Origin: Callorhinchus milii
Taxonomy: Eukaryota
DNA: 64,000 bases
Reading direction: 5' to 3'
Assembly: GCF_018977255.1 (NCBI RefSeq)
Contig: NW_024704743.1
Coordinates: forward strand, 3,908,001-3,972,000
The translations under genes and the position numbers were made by a program. The notes beneath the pieces were generated by a model. The model ran no database searches. It saw only the letters and a program-made list of their open reading frames with translations, and was not told where the DNA came from. Each line of letters starts with the position of its first letter. The first letter of the stretch is position 1. Of this stretch, positions 35,967 through 50,371 are shown piece after piece.

Positions 35967-36358
35967 TGGAATCCTGTAGCTCAGTGGTTAGCGCAATCGC
36001 TTCGCAAACGAGAGACCTGGGTTCGATTCCTGGGCAGGATGAAATGTTGGGTAGGTTTCCTTACTCCACGCGCCTCTGCTTACCGAGCAGTAAGTAGGAA
36101 CCCGGCTGTTAGTCGATTGGTGGATCGTTTTTCCGGGGGTAATAATTCCTAAAAAAAATAATAATAATAAATTGGTCACTCCAATCCACGGCTGTTTGCG
36201 GGGACGCTGCTGTGCGCAATTGGCTGCCGCGTTTCGCCCACAAAATATACAGCCGATTCACTTTACGGTATATTCCGTGAATGAGCTTTGAGACGTCTCG
36301 AAGACGTGATAAGGCGCTATATCGAATGCGAGGATTATTAATATTATTATTATTATTA
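35967..36358 (+). mobile_element. Full-length SINE, long subfamily
   Basis: Box A/B, internal module, Deu core and tail. Confidence 0.92.
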
Positions 36359-37259
36359 CGTATAATATACAATTTGCTGTTGTTCTTGCTGTTGGAAGTA
36401 GGTAAGCAGAGGGTGGGTGGGGGGGTGTACCTCCAGGGAGAGAATGCACATTACTTTCCAGACACAAAACTCCCGGTCTGGGTTTGGATACTCAGAAGCA
36501 TTGTCTGCAGGTGTCAGGAGTCTGGCTGAATAAAAACATCAGTAACGGCTGACTCGCCCGTAATTCGGTCTACGTATTTCAAGAGTATTAACCGTCAGCC
36601 TGCGTGTAATAGTGGCAACACCTCGGTCATGCCACATCTCGTTAAGCTTACTATTCATTTACCAATAACAATTTAAATTCATTGACATGAACCATTCGTA
36701 ACTTCCAGGACATATTTCAAATATTTTAACATTTTGGGCTCGCCGACACTTGACGATAACTTCTTGTGTTCCATATGGGACATTTCACGTTAGGAGGACG
36801 TCTCAAAGCGCTTCGATGGATTTACCATCAAGTGGAGTGACTGTGCATTTTGTGGAAAATCTATCTGCCTTGTTGCTTCCTGCAGCCAATGCCAATATTC
36901 TTCTCATGAGCTTTTACTGGTGCAATGAGAATTTGGCAGATTTTGAAATTGAACAAACAACCACGACCAGATAAGAAATCAACTGATTGCGGTAAATAAG
37001 CGACAAAAATGTACATGTTTCACAGCGGACTTTGACATTTATGGAATGTGTTATCCCACGTCCTCAGCATCACTTACAAGTTATTTTCTGGGTCGGGCGG
37101 TATGTGAATTTCACCCATCTTCAGCTGATCAAGGTACCATTCCACCCTTTGAGTCATACGTGACTCAATCCCCATTCAAGGTTTAGTTGAAGTCCCTTGT
37201 TTATTCATTTCTGTGTAAAATTAAGGTCGATAAATATAGTTATATATCTTATTTGCCAA

Positions 37260-38070
37260 AACTACAACAGCAACTTGCTTTTATGTAGTGCCCTTCAAGT
37301 AGGATAATGTCTCGGGTGGTGGAGTTGGATGCAAGGGAGAAAGGGGAAGAGGAGGTGAATGTAAGCACAGTTGAAGAGGTAGGTTTGGGGGTTTAAAGAT
37401 AGACCGAGGCGGTGGGACAGTAAGTCAGTGGCATTAAGGCAGGGAGCTCAAGAAGTTGGGGGGGCTAGTGACAGAAGATTTTGCCACTGAAGGTGCCATG
37501 GGGGGAGTGGGGCTGTGTTAGCTAAGGTGAGAGGGTGACGAGAGGAGTGGGATATGAGCAGATCAGATAGGGAGGTACTAGGGTCTGAAGGGATTTATGC
37601 ATGAGGTTGAAGATCTTGAAGTGGATCAATTTGGAGACAGGAAACCAGTGGAGCCTGGCGAGGATTAGTGGGACAGGCTTTCGGAGTTTTGGATTAACTG
37701 AAGAATTCTTTAGCCTGGTGGATTAAAAGAAATTTGTGAAAAAAAAGAGACATCAGCATTCATACAAAAAGGGGATTCTAAATGAGTAACAGAAAAAAAG
37801 TCCTCCTCCTTTAAAACCTGTTAGCAATGCAAAAATGATTTGCATCATCTCAATGGAAAGCTGCCATTCACTTCACTGTAAGACATCTGCTTTTTAGCCT
37901 TAGGTTAGGTTGATGTGAGACAGGGAAAGATGACCCAAAGCGGAGTAGATGAAACGTGTCTTGAGACGTGCTTCGAAAGAGGGGGAAGGGAGGGAGCGTT
38001 TCTAAGAGATTCTGGGATGGAGTTCCCGAGAACGGGGGCAGAACAGCTGAAAGTTCGGCCACCGATGGGT
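37260..38070 (-). mobile_element. L2 LINE 3' remnants (two pieces)
   Basis: gaggttgaagatcttgaa...gaaaccagtggag is the reverse of LHWFP...FKIFNL. Positions 37950-38070 are the reverse of a GRTFSCSAPxLxNSIP-like segment. Confidence 0.7.
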
Positions 38071-39924
38071 GAGGCAGATATGAGTATATATAAACCTTAT
38101 ATTTTATGCGATGATGCCCTCATTTCGCCCACAAAATACACAGACAGTTCAATACACAGTATACTCTGCGATGCGCTTTGAGACGTCTCAACGATGCGAT
38201 AAGGCGCTATGTCAAATGCAAAGATTATTATTATTATTATTATTATAGATAAGGCAGGGGAGATGAAGCAGGCCAGTATTTGCTGAGCAAAGGGAATGGC
38301 TGGTTCGTGGTTCGAAGAGAAGTAGGATAAAACATATTCTTGTTTGCAAAGTGCTGTTTTATTAGCTCCTCGAGCGCATGCATATTCTCTTTAAACAGCA
38401 TTTGTTCTTTGGGTGCAGATGTTTACACCCAGGCTTGCGGCTTGAAACTGAACACATGGCTTTTGGAAGCTCAGTGCATTGGCAAACAGCACTCATTCGG
38501 GAGCTGGAGCTGAAAGGATGTGTATTGTTGCTATTACTTAACACGAAAAACTCACTTGAGACATGAAGCTGCCAAATCATTTTATGGGCACTGACATGAG
38601 AGGTGACCTCAAGAGTTAAAGCATCACTGAATCAGTGCACCTCCGAATGCAATTACCCTGAGAGTGATATTACGCTATCCTATCTCTCGCCAGTCAGAAA
38701 CAACATTAAGAATTCATTCTTCCTCACACACGCGCAAAAAAAAAAAGCTTTTAATTATTTAACTGCTGAAACTGGAGGAATTGAACAAAAAAAGATTGAA
38801 ATCCTCAAACCTTTAAAGTAGTCACTTTAATGCTTGAGTTTATGCGTTAGAATCAGTTTGAGGGGGAGAGTCAGGTATCGAGCCAGTATCGTTAAGCACC
38901 TTGGGCCATGTTCCCGATACGAAAAGCACGATGTAAGTCGCGTTGCGTCCGACACGTGCGGAAACCCGACGAGTCAAAACATTTTGACCGTTTTGTATGA
39001 AGTGCCGTAGCTGTACGGTTGTTGGTGAACACGGTAGGACATACCAATACAATGTACCTTGTGGTAATTTTACTCTGTAATTTTGGTGAGGTGTTTTCTT
39101 GACCACCGAGGATATGGACAGTAACCGAGAGAGATGGAGCTCCTGGTTTTAATACGAATAATCTATTCGGATGATGGACTTCATCTGTAGCTTAACCGAC
39201 GTGCCTTGTGTGATTTGTTTAAAGCTGCAGTGTGGACAGTTTCATCTCCTCTCACTCTGAAGGGATTGTGGATCAATGCATTTGGATGGGTACCAGTGCC
39301 CAGCCAGTTATGTAACTTGTGAGCTCGGGGCTGGTGGGGAAAAATTCACAAAAATCCTCCCTTAAGGAAAACTTAACCAGCATCGGCTCCCTTTCCTATT
39401 ACCACCTTGGCCTTGGAGTGCACAGTCGCAGAGAGATACAGCACAGAGGCAGGACATTCAGCCCAACAAGCCCATGACGGTGTTTACACTCCACACAAAC
39501 CACCAACCCTCCCATTCCCCTCTTCTATACCCCTCTAATATCTCTTCTCTCTCTTGCACACATCAAGTTTTCTCTTTAATTCACTGATGCTATTTGCTTT
39601 AACCAGTTTCCAGCAATGAGTACCACATTCTCACCACCTTCTGCATGAGGTTCCTACTAAACTCCCGATTAGATTGACTATGAGCTATCCTACATTTCTT
39701 ATGTTAGATTTACATTATAATGCTATGAGTGACATCCAGGAATTAGATGGAGAGCTACAATGGAGAGAATGGGGAAGAGTCGGAAGATTTGTTAGCTTTA
39801 TCGTGTAGCTGAAGGTTTGTTATTCATGGGAAGGTTAAAAAATAGAGGCCCAAATGTTCTCATGTTCTTAGGCTCTTTATTAATTAATTAATAATCATCT
39901 ATATTTTCATAAGATTGAATTTGT

Positions 39925-40265
39925 GTGGCTCAGTCAGGAGGTTGTGGGTTCAAGTCTTACATTGGCACTTAGAATCCATTAGTCCAGTGCGGTGTTGGGT
40001 GTGTGTTGCACCTTTGGATGAGATGTTAAATTGAGGTCCCATCTATCAGTTCAGGTGGATGTTAAAGATCCCATGGCACTATTTGAAAAGAGAAGGGAGA
40101 TTCTCCCGTTGTTCTGGCCAATAATTCCCTGGATAAAAAATCGGTCATTCACTTCATGATTGTTTGTAGATTTGTTGTGTGCAAATTGCTGAGTTTCGCT
40201 ACAAAACACACAGTCAACCCCTTTACAATATACCCTGTGAAACGCTTTGAGACATCTTGACAACA
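39925..40265 (+). mobile_element. SacSINE1-like DeuSINE
   Basis: Deu body tttggatgagatgttaaattgaggtccc...ttcaggtggatgttaaagatcccatggcactatttgaa. Confidence 0.75.
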
Positions 40266-40477
40266 TGATATCTGCCCCTTGTCTCCCCCCCTTCTCTCAC
40301 CGACATTATAACCCATACGAAACCCACCCCCGGGGCTTGGTTGTGGATGCCCTATTTTTGCAGATCAAAACATACATTAAAAATGTGAAAAGAAAACAAT
40401 GTTTAACGTTGGAGTTAATTTTCCTCGACTTGGGCAACAGTGGTAAAAAAAAATCTCCAACAAATTTGACCGATTAA

Positions 40478-40830
40478 ATAATAATAATATTCCCTGCAAT
40501 TGATACGGCGCCTTTTCGCGTCATCAAGACGTCTCAAAGTACTTCACAGAATATATTGTAAAGTGAATTTGCTGTGTATTTTGTGGGCGAAACACGGCTG
40601 CCCATTGCGCACAGCAGCATTCCCACAAACCGTCGTGGATTGATCGACCAATTTATTATTACCTCCATAAAAGCAATCCACCAATCGACTAACAACCGGG
40701 TTCCTACTTACTGTTAGGTAAACAGAGGCGTGTGAAGTAAGGAAACTTGCCTAAGGTTTCGCCCCGCCTGGGAATCAAACCCAAGGTCCTCTCGCTTTCG
40801 AGGCGAGCGCTCTAACCAATGCGGCACAGG
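40478..40830 (-). mobile_element. SINE, long subfamily
   Basis: Reverse-complement full-length copy. Confidence 0.9.
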
Positions 40831-43800
40831 ACCCTTTCATCGCCGTCCGTTGAAATCAGAAACGGTCAAGCTCGTAACTCTGGAACCGGTTTTAAGATTG
40901 TCCAACACTATCCAGATGTAATGATAAATCAAACGAGCAAAAAAAAAAAAAAGAAATTTAAAAAGCACGTACGGTGGAAATTGTCTTTTTAAATTAAAAG
41001 AAAATACTCCTTGATGCTTGTCAGATAGATAAATCAAACGCTGTATCATCTGCCGTGCAGTCGTAGACAGCGACTGGGAGTGCAGTTAAATCTGGTCTCT
41101 CCGTCTCCTATAAAACATCGAGTTAAATATTGGAGCCTCGGAGATGGAATGAAGCCACTCCACTCACAATCTGCATTTTAATATGTTTAAAATGTGAATG
41201 AAAAGGGCTGCTGACACCAGAGAATGGTTATTAACAGCTCCCTCAGCATTGTAATTCAGGGTGTATGAATGCTGACTACATGCCCTCAACTTATTCAGCA
41301 AGGGCTTCACTGCCACTTACAATTATAAAGGACAAGAGCTGGAGTCACTTCAGCAGCAGAAAGGCATGACCTGAGAGCTGCAGCTCATTTCACATTACAT
41401 TTATTCAATACAGCGATGTCCTATCATTTCCCAGAGCATTGTTAGTCGTATTTTTACACAGTCACACCTTCACATATTCCCAGATGCTCGCATCGGCAGG
41501 TTGTCACTTTGATTATCGACTGCTCTCGTGCTGCAATTTGCGTGGATCTCCTTTGACTTCCCCCCACCCGCTCCCACCTTTTCCCCCTTCCCCCTCCCCA
41601 CCCCTCCCCTCCGCCCACCATCCACCCCTTCAGCGTCCCCTTTAGATGAGCCGGCGGCGCTCAGGCATGTACCTCTCGGGGTGACTGAAGAGATGCGAAG
41701 CGAAAACAGTTCAACCAGCGTCACTGGCAGCTGAGGGAGAGCTGTCGCTGTCAGCGCTCGGCTCTGCACATACACTGGCTCCGTGTGTGTCACAGTGATC
41801 TCTTTAGATTGTGCTCAAAGCACTGAACCCTCAAGGTTACTGTAACAGTCGAGGGGGGGAGGAATGGGTGGGTGGGGTGGGGGGGGTTATATGTGTGTGT
41901 GTAGAGGAGAGTTTGTTCCCTGTTGTCACCTCAGTTTTTACCTTGAATTTTTCTAATGAATTGATTTTTCCAATGACAGGTTTTTTTTGTTGCAGGTTTC
42001 AACCGGATTTAAACCGGATCAAACACACGCCTGAGTGGGTTTCTTCCCCCCCCCCCCCCCCCCACCCCCGGTCTCGACCACCGGGCGGGCAAACGTGGGT
42101 GAGTTTCGCTTAGAAAAACACACGGTCGCTTCACTTAACAGTGCTGTTATTATAAAAGGCAGAAGCAATTTTAAGGCTGTTGGGTTGGGACGGGTGTGAA
42201 TTCAAGCACGTGGTTTTAATTGGCGCTGATTGGTATAAATCCCGACCTCGGACTCTCCTGTACGATTGCCAATCGAATCCTACTGCGAACACTAAGGAAA
42301 GCCACGCAATCAGTGGTCGGCAGTGCAAGACAACATGAGCGTCCCAAGCGGCCCCATAAAACCACGCAGAGCCCTGCGCCTGCAAGGGAAGAGCGCTGCC
42401 GTGGTCTTCAGGGGGGAATGGGTGTGCCTTGCCTCACCCGCGAGACTCGCCAACCAAACAGACGTGGAATTACGCAGGACTGCTCAGGTGGACGTTAAAG
42501 ATCCCACGGGACCATTCGACAAGAGAAGGGACTTTCTTCTGGTGTTCTTCTGGCCAACAATCTCTCCCCCACCCACCGAATAAAAATTGCTCACAGCTGT
42601 TTTGATGTCCGCAAATGTCAAAACGCAGTCACTGCACTACAGTATATCCTATGAAGAGCTTTGGAGCGCCTTTTGAGCGGCGCTTTAAGATACTTCAACA
42701 CGATAAGGCGCTGTCCCAAATTTAAGGATTATTATTCTTATAATTGTTATTATTAATAATAAATAGACCACTCGATGCTATTAAACAAAACCAAACATCA
42801 TTATAAATATGAGTTGCGTTGTTTCATGTACTGTGTGACCTAGATCTTGGAAAGCGAATGTTTTTAGAAGGGGGGGGAACGTCGCTGTAGACGTGGGACC
42901 GGTCATTGTTATTTGTCAGTATTTATTGGCAACCGACTGTATTTTGCCGATTCGCACACATCAGCCCCTCAGGGGTTGAACAGTCGGGAGCGGGTGAGGT
43001 GGTGGTTGGGTGGTAGATGAGGTGGTGATGGACACATTGCAATGAACCTCAGTTCCCCAGGGTTATGTGTGTGTGGGGGGGGGGGGGGGGGGCCGGGGGG
43101 GGATAAACAGTAAATAACGTACAGTAAATAAACAGCAACACTAAATAAACTGCTACCAACTGACTCCTTGCTACAACAGGGAGTCAGTCATAAATCCACT
43201 CAACAATATCTCATTACCAGTGCGTTGGGACTATCCACCTCAACAGCGTCACACAATACTACCGTAATGATAATTATCCCTGTATTTTGGTGCAGCGTCT
43301 TATCACACCATCGAGACACCTCAAAGGGCTTCACGGGACTGACTGTCGAACATAGTGACTGTGTACTACAGTTGCAGGTGAACACTACAGCCTGTTCATG
43401 TATCACAAACAACCAAGAAATGAAGGAGTCGTTTTTATCTGGGGGACTGTTGGCCAGGACACCAGGAGAAACTCCCTTCTCTTTTCGAACAGTGCCGTGG
43501 GATCTTTAAAGGCCACGAGAACAGCTGGACGAGACCTAGATTTAACATCTCATCCCAAGTATAGCAACTCGAACAATGCAGCGTTCCCCCAGCACTGTAT
43601 TGGAGCCTCGGCCTCGACCGTGAGCTCTTGAACCTATCCTACCGGGTCACTGGACGTCGAACAAATCCCTTGCAAAGATGCTTCTCCTCCCGTGGCAGCA
43701 CTGGCCTCTGTTTCCCTCCTCTACTCCTCAAACTCGGGTGTCACTCCCTTAAACATAACGGCTCGAGCTGAAGGTGATTTCCCCCCCCCCCCCCAACCCC

Positions 43801-44305
43801 CACCCTCGGCTCGAAATTTCCTCTTGGAAGGTGACTCATTTCCAGTCAGCGCCATGCGACACATCGACCTGAAGGTGTCTTGCAATGTTCTGTTCTGTTG
43901 TATGTATGTAATGAAAGTCACATCAGGGGAGATAATATCTAGGTCACCGGTTTTTATTCCGAGTGAAACATTAGGTAAATTCAGGTTGACGCAGATGGGT
44001 GGGAGGGTGGGGTGGGGTTGGGGAGAGAGAATCAGGTTGTGTGTCAAACCCAACATCCTGTGACCTCCGTTTATCATTACCGCTTACGGTGTTTTCGCAG
44101 AAGATTAAAAAGAAGTTGAAATTTCAGGATGAGAAGGGAATGAGGGATGTGTTGGTAAAGAGGAGAGAGTAAAATGATGGGAGAAAACCTATTCGAATGT
44201 TTTTTTTAAAAAATGTTTCCTATCACGTTTCGACATTCACTCGAACAGGCAAAGCAGGATCTCAACTTCATTTCTCACCCATAAAACAGCACCTTATGAT
44301 CCTAC

Positions 44306-44702
44306 TGGAGTCCTGTAGCTCAGTGGTTGGAGCACTCGCCTCGCAAGCGAGAGGACCTGGGTTTGATTCCCGGGCAGGTCGAAATGTTCGGCAAGTTTCC
44401 TTACTCCACACGCTTCCCGTTTGCTTAGCAGTAAGGAGGAACACGGTTGTTAATCGATTAATGGATCGCTTTTCCGGGGGTAATAAACCCTGCAAAAAAA
44501 TAATAGTAAATACATATATTTTTTTATTTGGTCACTCAATCCACGGCTGTTTGTGGGACGCTGCTGTGCGCAGTTGGCTGCCACGTTTCGCCCACAAATG
44601 TACAGTCAATTCACTTTACTGAAGCGCTTTGAGACGTCTCGAAGATGTGATAAGGGGCTGTATCAAATGCAAGGATTATTATTATTATTATTATGATTAT
44701 TA
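44306..44702 (+). mobile_element. Full-length SINE, long subfamily
   Basis: Box A/B, internal module, core and tail. Confidence 0.92.
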
Positions 44703-46667
44703 CTGTGCCATTCCAGTACTGCCCTGGAACACCAGCCCAGATTCAACTGCCGCAGCCCCACGGTGAGGACCTATAACCTTGTGGTCCAAAGGCAATGCTA
44801 TCTACTGAGTCAGGCTCACGCAAAAAAAGCAATCTCTGGAAATACATGTTTCTTTTTGCTGGCAATGTCAGGAACGCTTCATGTATTCAATGACATATCT
44901 GTCCTGGGAATACAGAGGCCCGCCAATTTCGGTGGTCCTTACTCTTCCAACCGTTGTCTTATAACTTAACATCATTTTGGAACGTCGGAAAATTATCACA
45001 AGTAAAATCTTAACTCAAAAGCTCGTGGAACCAGAGTAAAGATCGGTCCGACAATATCAAATGCATCCTCAGAAGAATAGCACCCTCTACTGTACCAGAG
45101 AGACATTTCCATTTATTATTCTAATCATTCTTACGGTGTCCCCTGAATGAAACTGAAGCTTGGTGCTGACTCGATCTGCCTCGGTCTTCTGACGGATACA
45201 TCTGACACAGCTCCAGCTTCCTGCTCCTCAAATGCGATTCTCCAGAACCTTTCTCCATTGCCCTACGTTTCCATCTATTCGCTTGTGACCTGCCTTGCCT
45301 TGTCCTCCTCCTCCTCTCAGCCTCCGGGCTCCAGCGACCGCCCCTGTCCTCGACTCGTTGACTCCGCTGGGAGTCGCTAACACCCTTCGCCACAACAGAG
45401 ACGCTCAGTTCTGTGCGAGTGATAAAAATCCTAAACCTTACGTTTGGTACGACGCCTTTCATGTCCAGGAGGACGTCTCGATGAGCTTCGCAGGATTAAG
45501 TGAAGTCACTGACTGTTTCGTAAGTAAACTCAGCGACCAATATGTGCACAGGAATACTCTCGAAAACAGCCACGAATTAAGGAAAAGGCCAATTGTATTG
45601 GGTTGGATTGTTGGCCGAGACACTTGGTGAAGCTCCCTCCTCTTTCTGAGTAGAGTGATAGGATCTTTAATGTTCACCTAAACAGGCAGACAGGGTCCTT
45701 GGTTTGATGTCTCATCCAAACGTAAGCACCTCCAATGACACAGTATGCTCCCGGCGCTGGCGACGGAGTGTCGGATTGGACTTTGTGAGTTTCAAGTCCT
45801 TATGTGGGGCCTGAAACCACAACCTCGAGCCAGTGTAGCTGACACAATGTCGCACCACTCTTATGTATAACATGGCAATGACCATAACATTGAAGTCTGA
45901 CTCGTGGTCTTGCAGTGTTTGATGTGCATCTATCCGCCAGGCGATCTCACACCCTGTCTCTAAATCACAACCCTGGACTGAAACATACAGTGTGTGACGC
46001 GACAAATCGTTAGTTATCAAGGATTGTTATTATTATATTTATGTTTATCACGCAACCTCTCCACCCTCCCACCACCCCCATCCCTCCTGAGGCTGTTTTC
46101 AGCGTGGAATAAGAGAAGGCAGGTCAAATGGAAAGGGACTCCCACAAGACAGATAGCAGGGTACCAACTTTAGGGGTTGTATAAAAAACCCCAGAAAGCC
46201 AGAGTCCTGCAAACCAGCAGTGAACGGTTGGAATTCCAACAACTCGGATATTTGGATGAGATATTAAACCTGTTCTGCCCGTTCAAGCGGATGTTAAAGA
46301 TCCCAAGGCACTATTCAAAAAGCAAAAGGATTATTATGGTATTACTATCATTATCATCATCTAGCTCAAACTATCGACTGGATCCCCTACTAAATCTAGA
46401 AAGAAGGTTTATAACACTGCCAGGCCCTGTTAACACCAGCAACCCTCTTCAGCTCAGACTCGAAATCATTTTAGATTGCGACGCTAATCTTAAATTATAG
46501 GTGTCTGCAAGAGAGTTAACGACATGCGTTTTCCAGTGAATAGGTGTGGATACACCCGATATTGGCAGTTTTGCAGCTAATGTTGCACACACTGAAATGT
46601 GAAATTCACGACTGTGGTTTCATTCTACCCCTGTGGATTTACCGTTGTGAAAAAAAGGATGTTACAG

Positions 46668-46980
46668 GCGGTCCTGTAGCTCGGTGGTTAGAGCACTCGC
46701 CTTGAAAGCGAGAGACCTGGGTTTGATTCCCGGCAGGCTGTAACCTTGGGCGAGTTTCCTTACTCCACACCCGCCTGATAAAAAGCCCTCAAGGAAAAAA
46801 AAGACGATCATAAAATTGGTCACTTCAATCCACGACTGTTTGTGGGGACGCTGCTGTGCGCAATTGGCTGCCACGAATCGCCCACAAGTATATGGTCAAT
46901 TCATTTTATAGTATATTCTGTGAAGCGCTTTGAAACGTCTCGAAGACGTGAAAAGCTCTATAGCAAATTGCAAGGATTAT
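46668..46980 (+). mobile_element. tRNA-derived SINE lacking the internal module
   Basis: Head gtcctgtagctcggtggttagagc, followed by core and tail. Confidence 0.88.
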
Positions 46981-49900
46981 AGACTCAGTGGCTTGTGCTC
47001 TGGTCTCCGGAGTCAGGTAGCTTTTAGCTCGAGGCCTTTAAGATCATTGGGGACTTTAAGATCACAGTCGAGCGCAGTGCGGTGTGGGATTGCTGCAGTG
47101 TTGTGGACAGCGTCCTTTCTGATGAAACCTTAAACATAGTTCCCATCTGTGCCTGTACAGATTTAAGGTCCCACAACCCTATTGGAAAAACAACGGAGTT
47201 TCTCCCAGTGTCTTGGCCGACAATCCCCACCCTCCCCGACTAATAAAAATTGGTTATTCCCTTCACGACTCTTTATTGGAAATTGCTACGTACAAACTCT
47301 CTGCCTCATTAGCCTGCAAATACACAGTCACTACACTTATCAGAAAACTCTGTAGAGTGAAGCGTGATAAGGGGCTGTGTCAAATGCAAGGATTATTAAT
47401 ATTTTTGTCCTATGGGATGTGCAATCGTTTCAACAATATAATTATTGTTATGGTAAATTAAGCGACAGGATGACGGGATGCAGTTAAGAGACAACAGCCA
47501 CGAGAACGGGCGAGCCTTATATTTGACCCTATAGGCTGCAGAGAGGACAAAAGACACAGAGACGGGCCTGTCACGGTCTCAAGGGAAGCCAAACAGTCTC
47601 CTGAACTGGCGAGTGTAGTGCGCGCGTTCCATTTCATTTCGTGGTAATCTTCTGACAAACAGAACTTTGCAACATGATAAAACCAGCAATATTGGAGCTT
47701 ACACCACATCAATCATCGCCAGGAGTTCCCCCTTCGTCTGACTCGGATTCATTATTAAGGCGTTCCTTCGAGAAATCCCACGAATTAGACCTTTTTTGGC
47801 CCTGTGTTTTCCGGGGCGCTCTCCTGAACACCATTACACGTCCTGGCCCCTGAGTTCCCGCGTCTGAGAGCGAGAAGACCGGGGATATTATTTGTGGTGG
47901 ACAGGGAGGTAGCGGGCAAGTTCTACCCACGTTCTCCAAAACGATCCCCGATAGCTTCACAACTTTGAAATCGTAATACAGTCTTTGGGTTCTGCTGACA
48001 TTCATAAAACTCTTCGGATTCATTCTCATATTTATGCATCATTTGAATCGAAGAACCATAAAAAGTTTACAGCCACAGCGGGAGGCTATTCAGCCCTTTG
48101 TGGCTGTGCTGTTAGCAGTAGCCCCACTGCTGTAGTTATCTGCTCCACTTTCATTTCTCTGCTTTTCCCCTGTAGCTTTCAATATTACAGTATTTTTTTC
48201 TTCAAGTACTTGTTGCATTCCCTGTTAAAAGCCATTATTGACTTAGCCTTAACACCTCGTTGAATTATTGTCTGCAATCTCAGTGCCGACCACTTTTTTT
48301 AGTGATAATAATCCTTCCAGTCGAAATTCAGGAGAAATCTTCTATATAAAAAAAACCTCCCTCAGTACCGCGCTGAATGTAGCACAAACCGTTGGCTTTA
48401 ACGTCATAATCGGTACATCACTACAAATAAAAATGAGGGAGGGGGAAGAGCAAAAAGAATAAGAGAGAGAAAAGAAAGGGAAGGGATAGAAAATAAGGTT
48501 GGAGATAGATGGAGGGACCATACTGGGTTAAACGTAAGAACAATTTAGCAAAGTCAAACCCAGTTTTAAATCCATTCAATTTACAACAACAACAATCTTC
48601 ACTTGTATTTACATAACACACTTCATTTTCGGCCACAAAATACACTGCAGTCACTGCACTTTACAGAATATCCCGTGAAGCACTTTGAGACACCTCAGCG
48701 ACATATAAGGGGCTATAGTCTCGTTGTTTGTATTTACTTCTGTGAAAACCTCTGCACTTTTCTCCAAATGGAACGCATTGAATAATACAACAACAACTTG
48801 CACTTGTATAGCACCCCTCACACTAAAGATAGAAATAAATGCAGCAATCCCATGTAAACTCAGTGGCTCTTTGTCAAATCCCAATCCTGGGAGAGCACTT
48901 GAATTCCTTGACTTACTCAGGATTTCAAACTTCGATAAATTGACAACAGATGGATCCTACTTTGGGGTAAGTGTTTCTGCCTTCACCGAGCTATCAAATC
49001 AACACCGGGCCATTATTGCCTTGTCAGGCCTGACAAACTGGTAAGTTATCGCTTGAAGATCTGAAATGGATATTATTAGCTTGACCCCCCCCCACCACCC
49101 CCTTCTCTGGTGTCTCAAAGAATGATCCAGTGCAATGATGAGCCAAATAAATCAATAAGGTCCTAGTCTCAATGCCCGATTTCCATCGAGTCATTTGGAC
49201 TAGTGGTCGTGTGAGTACTATTGTCCTTCGGTGTCCCATGAACTATACAGTCAATTCACTTTACAATATATTCTGAAGTGCTTTGAGACGTCTCGAGGAC
49301 TGAGAAGGCGCTATATCGAATGCAAGGATTATTATTATTATTATATAACTACTCCAATCTAATTGGCCTGTTCTTCCCCTGCTTTTTAATTTTATTTTTC
49401 CTTAAGTATTTATACCTTTTTAAATTATTTCATGGTTTTGGTTTCATCAACTTAATGTTCTGTGCAAAAAAAACATATCTTATTACCTTCCGTTTACTTG
49501 TTCTACAGATATTTCTCAATACCTGTTATGTAGTTACTGACTCACTGATTAGTGGAGCTATTCTTTCTCTATCAAAATGATTCATAATGCTGACTATCTC
49601 TATTAGATCCTATTAACCTTTTCTGCTCCAGCCAAACCTGTCCATGCTTTTCCAAGTCTCTCCACATTATTATATGTAAAAATAAGACATGATTAAATCA
49701 GTTCAATATCATACACCTTCTTTGTACCTTTGCTGAATAAAAATAGGAATATTAATGCATGATAATTAATTCACTTCCTATATCAAGGGCACTTTATTTG
49801 AACTAGTCTAGATGTGTTACAGGCGTTGGAGATGTTTGTGAGTAGTAATTTTAGCAACTAAAATTAAATGAAGTTCAGCTGGCCTTATTTTCAAGTTCTA

Positions 49901-50371
49901 CTTCGAGTTTGTAGTCCAGGCTGATGCTCCAGTGTTGCACTGGGATGGAGTGGTGTATCGTCAGAGTTGCCGTGTTTCAGATGAGACGTTAAACCAAGGT
50001 CCCGTTTGACCTGTCCAGGTGCCTTTTTTTTTAAAAAAAAAGGCCGGAGTTTCCACCGATGTACTGGCCGACAATTCCCCTAGAGAGAGAGAAAAAAAAA
50101 TAGGTCATTCAATTCCTGGCCGTTTGTGGTACGTCGAATATTACAGAATCATAGAATATTACAGGACAGAAGGAGGCCATTAGGCCTGTGGTGCCTGTGT
50201 CGGCTCTCTTTGGAAGAGCATTGCTGTAATGGGAACTGTTTCACCAACAATAGTCATGATATTTTGCAGCCAAACTCCGTGAAGGGTTTTGGGACTTTCC
50301 CACGTGAGAAGATGCTCAATCAAAGGCAAGAACTGCTATTGTAAATGATTATCCAGAGGGCTATTTGTTAT

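Noticed and set aside
43070..43102. G-run as a G-quadruplex element
   Set aside because: Homopolymeric G/C runs are frequent throughout the window, and nothing marks this one as functional.
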